From the NCBI RefSeq assembly GCF_001306055.1, contig NZ_LGHJ01000017.1:90001-122000 (forward strand): 32,000 bases of DNA. The letters run 5' to 3'. Source of the stretch: Bellilinea caldifistulae (lineage in GTDB: Bacteria; Chloroflexota; Anaerolineae; Anaerolineales; Anaerolineaceae). Shown here one piece after another: positions 25,312 through 32,000 of this stretch. A program made the translations under genes and the position numbers. How positions within the stretch are numbered: position 1 is the stretch's first letter; every line of letters begins with the position of its first letter. Below the pieces are notes generated by a model, which was not told the DNA's origin, searched no databases, and was given only the letters and a program-made list of their open reading frames with translations.

Positions 25312-26262
25312 ATGCCAAAAAGCTGGATTCTGATAGTGATAAGTAGTTCCATTTTGCTGCTTGCTGCCTGCGCACCTGCCGCTGTACCGACTACGCCGTT
25401 GCTGCCCGCTCAGGAGCAAACCCAACCCCCTGCAACTGAACCAACTTTCCCGCCAATCCCGGAGCAGGTTACCCCCCTCCCCACCATCGGTATAATCATA
25501 GATCAGGAAGAGGCTGATATGATTTTTGAAAAAGTGCGCCCCCTGATTGCTGAACAAATCGGGGTGACACCCGAAGCGATTAAACTGATCGAGATGACAC
25601 CGGTTGAATGGCCGGACGGCTGCCTCGGTCTGGCATCTCCCGATGAGATGTGCCTTCAGGTCATCACGCCCGGTTACCGCTTATTGATCGAGGTCAACGA
25701 CAGCACGCTTGAAGTACGCACCGATCAAAAAGGTAATCAGGTGCGGGTCAATCGGGGTACGGTGCTGCCCGATGTCCGCGTATCAGAAAAGGAAGTTCCC
25801 GCTCGCTGCCAGCAGGAAGGCATGAAAACCCTTGTGGATTTTACGGATGGTTATTGCTTTGCCTACCCGGATGATTTTATCGCCGATTCCCGTGGGTTGG
25901 CAGCAGTCTACGCTCAAACCGAAAACTCCGCCAATCCAGAAGCGGTTGTCGCCCGCCTGGATGTTTTCAGCAGCCCGGCAGCACCGGACGCCACGCTACA
26001 AAAACTGGTCAGCGAGTTCCGCAAACAATTTGAAGGGCTAAATCCGCCGGTCAACCTGCGCCAGACGCAAATAACGCTGAACGGACAACCTGCCGAGGTA
26101 TTGGAACCGGTGCCCGGACGGCTGAGTTCGCGGATGGTCTTTGCCCTGCATAATGGGTTTTTCTATCAATTGATTTTCTTCCCAATTGACGAACCCAGTG
26201 TCGAATCCGATCTCAACCGGCTATACGAAGCAGTTATCTCCACCTTCACCTTCATCCCCTGA
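25312..26262 (+). CDS. Secreted lipoprotein of unknown function
   Basis: Signal peptide plus lipobox (ILLLAAC), a Pro/Thr/Gln-rich linker, then two globular segments. GGAGGA lies 8 nt upstream. I recognised no family. Confidence 0.7.
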   Translation: MPKSWILIVISSSILLLAACAPAAVPTTPLLPAQEQTQPPATEPTFPPIPEQVTPLPTIGIIIDQEEADMIFEKVRPLIAEQIGVTPEAIKLIEMTPVEWPDGCLGLASPDEMCLQVITPGYRLLIEVNDSTLEVRTDQKGNQVRVNRGTVLPDVRVSEKEVPARCQQEGMKTLVDFTDGYCFAYPDDFIADSRGLAAVYAQTENSANPEAVVARLDVFSSPAAPDATLQKLVSEFRKQFEGLNPPVNLRQTQITLNGQPAEVLEPVPGRLSSRMVFALHNGFFYQLIFFPIDEPSVESDLNRLYEAVISTFTFIP

Positions 26263-26274
26263 ATGGTGAAGCCA

Positions 26275-26308
26275 GCCTCCCGCCAAAAATGGCGGGAGGC
26301 CCTTTTTC
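26275..26308 (+). terminator. Intrinsic terminator after the lipoprotein gene
   Basis: GCCTCCCGCC-aaaaat-GGCGGGAGGC followed by CCTTTTTC. It abuts or overlaps the stop codon of the convergent pgmB. Confidence 0.6.
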
Positions 26309-26957
26309 AAAGATCAGGTACTAATTCCCTCAGCCGTTGCAGCGAAACGCCGTTCAAATCGGGCAAATGATAATCAGCCGAACTCACCCGCTCAATTGGC
26401 CCCAAGCCCAATGTGCGCATCCCGGCGGCTTTTCCGGCGGCAATGCCGGCCTCGGCATCCTCAATTACCAGACATTCTGCCGGTTCAACCCCCAAACGTT
26501 CGGCTGCCAGTAAAAATAAATCCGGAGCCGGTTTACTGCGAGCAGCAGCGTTGCCGTCCACAACCGTATCCAGCCACTCGCCAATTTGCAAACGCTCCAG
26601 TACCAGAGGGGTATTCTTGCTGGATGACACAATCGCCACTTTGTAGCCGGCCTGATGCAATTCTTTGAGCAATTCCAATGCCCCCGGCAGTAAATTTTGA
26701 GGGGTCATTTTGGATACATACTCCATATAGTAGCGGTTTTTTCGCTCCATCCACTCGTTCATTTCCTGCTCCGTCGCCGGGCGGCCATCCAGCAGAATCA
26801 ACAGCGACTCTCGACGGGAAACTCCCCTCAAGGCTTCGTTTTTTTGCCGGTCGAATGGCAAGCCCAATTCATCCGCCAGCCGCTTCCATCCCAGATAATG
26901 AAACTCGGATGTGTCGGTCAAAACCCCATCGAGATCGAATAATATTGCGCGAATCAT
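26307..26957 (-). CDS. pgmB: Beta-phosphoglucomutase (HAD superfamily)
   Basis: The DLDGVLTDT nucleophile motif, ...RGVSRRESL..., SSSKN and ...IEDAEAGI... match beta-PGM. ATGA overlap with the GH65 stop codon. Confidence 0.88.
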   Translation of the reverse strand: MIRAILFDLDGVLTDTSEFHYLGWKRLADELGLPFDRQKNEALRGVSRRESLLILLDGRPATEQEMNEWMERKNRYYMEYVSKMTPQNLLPGALELLKELHQAGYKVAIVSSSKNTPLVLERLQIGEWLDTVVDGNAAARSKPAPDLFLLAAERLGVEPAECLVIEDAEAGIAAGKAAGMRTLGLGPIERVSSADYHLPDLNGVSLQRLRELVPDL

Positions 26958-29146
26958 CCTTCAGCAACCCCCGTCTGCGGATTGCACAGGTCAAATTCAT
27001 AAGGCTGCCCGCGGTATCTAATCCGAAAAACCAACCGCCGCCAGTGACGGGGCAAACAGGGGTAGGTTTTCGGGCCGTCAGGCTCAAATCTGAGCCCTCC
27101 AAAGCCGAATACAATCGCCTGCCAGATACCACCCGCCGATGCCGCATGAATGCCGTCGTGGGCGTTCCCGCGCACATCCTCTAAATCCGCCAGTGCAGCG
27201 CGCATAAAGTGTTCATACGCCTCATCCGGTTTTCCTACCCGACAGGCAATGATGGCATGAATGGCCGGCCCCAATGACGAGCCAAAAGTGTGATCCGTGC
27301 GGGCGTTGTAATACTCATAATTGACCCTCAGCGTTTTTTCATCAAACAGTTCAGGCAGTAGATAGGCCAGCATGACCACATCTGGCTGCTTGAGAATGTT
27401 GGCTTCATTAGCGCCTTCAATTCCCAACAGGGATTGAATGGACTGGGTACGCGGCTCAAGGGCTTGCAAATCAATCTGCCGGCGCTGGAAATAGCCCTCA
27501 AACTGTTCAATTAAACCGTTCGACTCATCCTGCTTCCAGTAAATTTTTTCGGCCACCTCGCGCCAGCGGGTCAATTCACTTTCGTCCAGTTCCAGCGAAC
27601 GACGCAATTCGGCGGCTTTAGTCGGATAGCGTCCTTCCAACCAGTCCAACACCTTCAACGCAGTTGACAACTGCCAGCGAGCCAGTGCATTGGTGTAGGC
27701 GTTGTTATCCACATGGTCATGGTATTCATCCGGGCCGATGACATCGGTAAACTCGTAACAGCCGGTTTCACCATTCCATTCCGCCCGGCTGGCCCAAAAA
27801 CGAGCCACATCCAGAAAAATCTCCGCTCCGCGATGGGCCATGAAATCATCATCACCGGTTGCCTGCCAGTATTGCCAGATGGCATAACAAACATCCGCCG
27901 AAATATGAATTTGAATATCCCCCGTCCAGATGCGAATCAGTTTGGTTCGGTCGGTGGGATGGGGCACCCAGGTGGGTGTTACTTCTTCGCCGGTCGCAGC
28001 ACTTTCCCACGCAAACTGAGCTCCATTGAAGCCGTTTTCACGGGCTTTTTTACGTGCCCCCTCCAGGGTGTGAAAGCGGTAGGAAAGCAAATTTCGAGCA
28101 ATCTCCGGACGGGTGTAGGTAAAGAAAGGCAGCATAAAAATTTCGGTGTCCCAAAATACATGCCCGCGGTATCCATAACCAGAAAGCGCCTTTGCCCCGA
28201 TACTCACCCGCTCATCCTGACGGGGAGCGGCTGCCAGTAATTGGAACAGGCTGAATCGCACTGCAAGATGGGCACGGTCATCTCCCTCAATCACCACATC
28301 GCAGGCTTCCCACTCGCGTTGCCAGGCGCGGGCATGGCTTTCCATTAACCCACTCCATGCTCGTTTCGGGAGCGTTTCCAATGCCCGCCGGGCAGCCCCC
28401 TGCGGGTCGGTGGTTTCACGGGATGTGTAAAAAGCGGTTATTTTCTCGATCTCCACGATATCACCACTTTTCAGCTCGGTTGTAACCACCAGCGTTGGGG
28501 CATTCCGGGTATCCCAGGCAGTGTGTTCAAGATTTTCACCGCCATCAACCGTAAGGCGTGTGGCAGCCCCCAGTTCAATTCCAGAAGAACGGGTACGCAG
28601 ATGAAGCCAGGTGTTGTTGTGTTCAAGTCCCTGTCCAAGCCAGTCCCAGTGCTTGTAATTCAGGTTATCCGTATCGCCGCTCAGTGTCGCCCGTGCCTCA
28701 ACAGTCGTGTTTTCGAATGCCTTTATCGTAACCCGCTGACACAGCAGATGCGGGTTGGTCAGGCTGGCAAACCGTTCAAAGAGCAGTAGCCAGCGCGCAC
28801 CCTGCGGACTGCGCCACTCCACCCGTCGGCTCAACAAACCGTTGCGCAAATCTAACTGGCGCTGGTATGAAAGAATCTCGCCTTCGGTGAGCGAAAACCA
28901 CTCCCCGCCCAGCCGCAGGGTCAAATCCAGCCAATCCGGCGCATTGACCAGCTCGGTAAATACGATGGGAACATCATCGAAGACCCCATGAATGAAAGTG
29001 GTTCGCTCCTCGCCCGGGTAGTGCTCTTCGTGCGTGCCGCGGGTGCCAAGATAACCATTCCCAATCGTAAAAATTGTTTCCGCATGATTCTGGCTTTTGA
29101 GATCAAAGCAATTTTCGGTGATAATCCAGTTGCGTTGGTTAAGCAT
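26954..29146 (-). CDS. Glycoside hydrolase family 65 disaccharide phosphorylase (maltose/kojibiose/trehalose/nigerose phosphorylase type)
   Basis: 730 aa. N-terminal [10 protein letters not shown] and a catalytic-region [20 protein letters not shown] motif. Pairing with beta-PGM is the classic GH65 context. Confidence 0.9.
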   Translation of the reverse strand: MLNQRNWIITENCFDLKSQNHAETIFTIGNGYLGTRGTHEEHYPGEERTTFIHGVFDDVPIVFTELVNAPDWLDLTLRLGGEWFSLTEGEILSYQRQLDLRNGLLSRRVEWRSPQGARWLLLFERFASLTNPHLLCQRVTIKAFENTTVEARATLSGDTDNLNYKHWDWLGQGLEHNNTWLHLRTRSSGIELGAATRLTVDGGENLEHTAWDTRNAPTLVVTTELKSGDIVEIEKITAFYTSRETTDPQGAARRALETLPKRAWSGLMESHARAWQREWEACDVVIEGDDRAHLAVRFSLFQLLAAAPRQDERVSIGAKALSGYGYRGHVFWDTEIFMLPFFTYTRPEIARNLLSYRFHTLEGARKKARENGFNGAQFAWESAATGEEVTPTWVPHPTDRTKLIRIWTGDIQIHISADVCYAIWQYWQATGDDDFMAHRGAEIFLDVARFWASRAEWNGETGCYEFTDVIGPDEYHDHVDNNAYTNALARWQLSTALKVLDWLEGRYPTKAAELRRSLELDESELTRWREVAEKIYWKQDESNGLIEQFEGYFQRRQIDLQALEPRTQSIQSLLGIEGANEANILKQPDVVMLAYLLPELFDEKTLRVNYEYYNARTDHTFGSSLGPAIHAIIACRVGKPDEAYEHFMRAALADLEDVRGNAHDGIHAASAGGIWQAIVFGFGGLRFEPDGPKTYPCLPRHWRRLVFRIRYRGQPYEFDLCNPQTGVAEG

Positions 29147-29183
29147 AATCCAATCCCTCTACCTGCAATATTTTGTTGTGAAA

Positions 29184-30122
29184 TTAACCCTCTTTCAACC
29201 CGGTACCCGCGATACTCTGGGTGAAGTAACGCTGGAAGATAAAGAAAATAATCAAAATCGGCAGGGTGTTGAACAGGGAACCTGCCAGCACTTTCGAAAT
29301 CAGGGTGTAGTACTCGCCGCGGAACCAGTTCAAACCGATTGGCAGAGTGAAGTTTTCCGGTGTGCGCAGAATGGTCAACGGCCACATAAAACTGTTCCAT
29401 TCACCCTGAAAAGTCAACAACGCCAGCGTCAGCAGTTGCGTGGTGCTGATCGGCAGGACGATACGGAAGAAGATGCCAAACCGTCCCAACCCGTCCATCA
29501 TTGCCGCTTCTTCCAGTTCCTTTGGAATGCTCTTGTAAAACTGGGTCATCATGAAGATGCCAAAAGCCGCCACAATGCCGGGCAGAATCACCCCGCCGAG
29601 GTTGTCCATCAGCCCAAAACCGGTTGGAATGGTCAGGTCACCGATTTTCAACCCGCCGCGGATGATACCAGGCCCCACCACCAGGAAATTCGGAATCAGG
29701 GTTACCTGACCGGGAATCATCATCGAGATCAACAGCGCCGTGAACAAAAACTTCTTCAGCGGAAACTCCATGCGGGCAAAAGCGTAGCCCGCCATGGCGC
29801 AAAACAACACTCGTGCAAAGGTTACCACTAACGAAATGATGGTACTGTTCAATAGCCAGCGCGGGAATAGCGGCAAAGCGCCAATCACATCCCGAAAATT
29901 TTCCAGACTGAACGGAATCGGCCAGAACAGCGGCGGGTCATAGACATTGGCAACCGGCTTGAGGCTGAAAACGAGCGTAAAATACAACGGCGCAATGCAC
30001 AATACCGCCCAGCCAATCAAAATAAAATAAAACACCGGTGTTTTGATGCGGTCCAAAACCACAATCAGCCTATCCGAAAGGGTTGCTTTTTTAGAAACTG
30101 TTTGAGAGATAGTTGCCATCAT
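29184..30122 (-). CDS. Carbohydrate ABC transporter permease (MalG-like)
   Basis: Six TM segments and an EAA loop (ELEEAAMMDGLGRFGIFFRIVLP). There are tandem ATGs at 30122 and 30119 after GAGGTG; the second has the better spacing. Confidence 0.9.
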   Translation of the reverse strand: MMATISQTVSKKATLSDRLIVVLDRIKTPVFYFILIGWAVLCIAPLYFTLVFSLKPVANVYDPPLFWPIPFSLENFRDVIGALPLFPRWLLNSTIISLVVTFARVLFCAMAGYAFARMEFPLKKFLFTALLISMMIPGQVTLIPNFLVVGPGIIRGGLKIGDLTIPTGFGLMDNLGGVILPGIVAAFGIFMMTQFYKSIPKELEEAAMMDGLGRFGIFFRIVLPISTTQLLTLALLTFQGEWNSFMWPLTILRTPENFTLPIGLNWFRGEYYTLISKVLAGSLFNTLPILIIFFIFQRYFTQSIAGTGLKEG

Positions 30123-30132
30123 TCCACCTCAT

Positions 30133-31116
30133 TTATGCCGAACCCACACTGCCGCTGCCCTCAATAATCCGTCGTTGAATGAGCGTGAAGACCAGAATGA
30201 TCAACGCCAGGATAAAGGATAGAGCGGCTGCCTGACCCATTTTGACGGTAGTATCCCGGAAAGCCCATTTGTAAATCAAGTAGGCCACCGTCGTGGTCGA
30301 ATCCAGCGGCCCGCCCGAAGTCATCACATAAATCTGGTCGAACACCTGAAAACAACCGATCAACCCCACGGTGACCACAAAAAACACCACCGGGCGCAGC
30401 ATGGGAATGGTGATGTAACGCAGTACCTGAAACTTGTTAGCGCCGTCAATCGAAGCGGCTTCGTAAATCGCAGTCGGAATATCCTGCAAGCCAGCCAGAA
30501 AGATGAGCATCAACGTGCCACTGGTGGTGAAAACATTCAAAATCATGATGGTGTAAAAGGCATAACGCGGATCGTTCAACCAGTTGATATTCAGGTTGAA
30601 AATCTGATTTACGATCCCCAACGGGCTGAACAACCACACAAAAATCAGCGAAATGACTACTGAGGATGTGACCGACGGCAGGTAGTAAATGGTACGAAAC
30701 AACCGCCGAAAACGCAACTTTTGATCCATGGCAAACGCCAGAATCAGGCTTAGGACGGTTTGGGTTGGCACCACAATCAAAGTGTACTTGACCGTGTTGG
30801 GTAAGGCTTTCTTGATGAACAAATCATCGCACGTCAGAGGGGGCGCATCTTCAGCCCGCGGCATCAAGGCTTCAAGGCACAGCACCCGGCGGTAGCCCTC
30901 CAATCCCCACCACTCCGGCGGACGCAGCAGGTTATAGCGGGTAAAAGACAAATAAAAAGCGTAACCGATCGAGAAAACAGTAAAGGTCAAGAAAATAAAC
31001 AAATACGGCAATAAGAAAAGATAAGCGGTAAGCGCTTCACTGCGTTTTTTGCGCTTTTCGGGGTTACTCCCCCGCCGAAACAAACCCGCCGGGCGATTGG
31101 ACACCATCTCTGCCAT
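30133..31116 (-). CDS. Carbohydrate ABC transporter permease (MalF-like)
   Basis: EAA loop (YEAASIDGANKFQVLRYITIP). ATG 31116 has GGAGGA 6-7 nt upstream. The ORF-track start 31131 is a GTG that abuts that SD with no spacing. Confidence 0.88.
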   Translation of the reverse strand: MAEMVSNRPAGLFRRGSNPEKRKKRSEALTAYLFLLPYLFIFLTFTVFSIGYAFYLSFTRYNLLRPPEWWGLEGYRRVLCLEALMPRAEDAPPLTCDDLFIKKALPNTVKYTLIVVPTQTVLSLILAFAMDQKLRFRRLFRTIYYLPSVTSSVVISLIFVWLFSPLGIVNQIFNLNINWLNDPRYAFYTIMILNVFTTSGTLMLIFLAGLQDIPTAIYEAASIDGANKFQVLRYITIPMLRPVVFFVVTVGLIGCFQVFDQIYVMTSGGPLDSTTTVAYLIYKWAFRDTTVKMGQAAALSFILALIILVFTLIQRRIIEGSGSVGSA

Positions 31117-31141
31117 CTTTCCATCCTCCACGATTTCACGA

Positions 31142-31178
31142 AGAGGGTCAGCCTTGAAGCGGCTGACCCTCTTTTTTT
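31142..31178. other. Intercistronic stem-loop between the SBP and first permease genes
   Basis: A 12-bp perfect stem AGAGGGTCAGCC/GGCTGACCCTCT. The T7 tract lies on the plus (non-coding) side, so the minus-strand mRNA carries a hairpin without a U-tail. Confidence 0.4.
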
Positions 31179-31187
31179 ACAACCGCC

Positions 31188-32000
31188 TTACTTCACTTCG
31201 GCAATTTTCTGGCGGATGACCTGCGCCGCCTGCTTCAGGGCAGCATCCACCGGCTGATTTTCCAGATAGATGCGTTCGAGTGCCTTACCCATTTGTTCGT
31301 TGACATCCGAGCCGACCAGCCCCCATACGAAGGGGCGAGCCCCTTGCAGCGCACCACGAAAGATGGCGCTGGAAGCCGGATTGGTCTTCAGGTATTCGCT
31401 GTTTTGCAGCGACAGACGGGTTGGGAGGGCAAAACCACTTTCCAGCACCTTGGTCTGGGCTTTCTCACCGGTCAGGTAGTTGATCACCCGCATGGCTGCT
31501 TCCGGATTCTTGCTGTTGCGCGAGATGACATACGCCACGGTGAAGATCAGGTTGCCCTCGCCTTTGGGGCCAGCCGGCGGGGTGACCACGCCGTAATTGA
31601 TGTTGGGAAATTGCTGCTTCAGGTAGGGAATCAGCCATCCGCCTTCGTAGACCATGGCGAACTGACCCTTACCGAAGACCGTCCCCTGCCAGCCCTCACC
31701 GACATCCGCCGGAATAGCGCCACTCTGATTCTTGCGGAAATCGGTGTAGAAAGTGGCCGCCTCAATCGCCGCCGGGGAGTCGAGCAGGGTATCGCTGTAG
31801 TCATCGGTCATAATCGAACCGCCGTTTTGGAAGACAAAGATGGGGAAGCGTCCCGGATCTGCCGGTACGCCCAGCCCGTAGATGTTATTGGCAGGATCCG
31901 AAAGTGCCTCGGCAGCCGCTTTCAAATCATCCCATGTCCAATCGTCGGTTGGTTCGGCAATCCCCGCCTGAGCGAACAGGTCTTTGTTATAGAACAGACC
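31188..32000 (-). CDS. Sugar ABC transporter substrate-binding protein (family 1 SBP; partial, N-terminus lies beyond the window)
   Basis: The frame stays open to the window edge (GLFYNKDLFAQAGIAEPTDDWTWDDLKAAAE...), which is typical of an extracellular solute-binding family 1 protein. The M at 31925 in the ORF track is an internal TTG. Confidence 0.85.
   Translation of the reverse strand, partial: GLFYNKDLFAQAGIAEPTDDWTWDDLKAAAEALSDPANNIYGLGVPADPGRFPIFVFQNGGSIMTDDYSDTLLDSPAAIEAATFYTDFRKNQSGAIPADVGEGWQGTVFGKGQFAMVYEGGWLIPYLKQQFPNINYGVVTPPAGPKGEGNLIFTVAYVISRNSKNPEAAMRVINYLTGEKAQTKVLESGFALPTRLSLQNSEYLKTNPASSAIFRGALQGARPFVWGLVGSDVNEQMGKALERIYLENQPVDAALKQAAQVIRQKIAEVK

Noticed and set aside
1-32000. 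A search for CRISPR arrays, IS elements or transposases, integrases, prophage genes, tRNA/rRNA genes and toxin-antitoxin or defence-system genes
   Set aside because: I saw no repeat-spacer periodicity. No ORF has transposase, integrase, nuclease or defence signatures. No intergenic gap has tRNA-like T-arm or anticodon-arm features. By-eye scanning cannot exclude short or degenerate repeats.
1-32000. BMC-H/BMC-T (PF00936) shell genes, an aldehyde dehydrogenase or PduL near the BMC-P genes
   Set aside because: None of the listed ORFs has the BMC-domain pattern (ALGxIET...DAMxKAA...GDVxAV) or an AldDH or PduL signature. Their absence is reported as part of the main finding, not treated as missed genes.

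Overview
This is a gene-dense, single-copy bacterial chromosomal window of about 30 CDS with roughly 53% GC by eye. Starts at TTG/GTG and 4-nt ATGA stop/start overlaps are frequent. I recognised no rRNA, tRNA, CRISPR array, transposase, integrase or phage gene. Most of the content is transport and housekeeping. In order: a CBS-pair protein with an ArsB/NhaD-type permease; a DUF4180 gene; a co-directional ABC-2 exporter (ATPase plus two permeases), EamA, Era and YhhN block; YitT; a ferritin-like protein; a MarR-led heterodimeric ABC exporter pair; a thioredoxin-like/XdhC/ChlI-like operon; rsgA coupled to an RNHCP zinc-ribbon gene; an Fe(3+) ABC importer; a lipoprotein of unknown function; and a GH65 phosphorylase, beta-phosphoglucomutase and sugar ABC uptake operon. 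The standout is a compact five-gene operon at 17086-19529 encoding RpiB, DeoC and three divergent EutN/CcmL (BMC-P) vertex proteins. Both enzymes carry N-terminal amphipathic-helix extensions of the encapsulation-peptide type. This looks like a sugar-phosphate (SPU-like) bacterial microcompartment module, yet no hexamer or trimer shell gene, aldehyde dehydrogenase or phosphotransacylase occurs anywhere in the 32 kb. Secondary points are a 4-Cys motif in the DeoC extension, an orphan ChlI-like ATPase with a deviant Walker A, two tandem terminators that leave rsgA with no room for its own promoter, and an orphan terminator in a 527-bp gap. The gene content suggests an anaerobic saccharolytic bacterium, possibly Chloroflexota/Anaerolineae-like, but I cannot verify taxonomy without a search.
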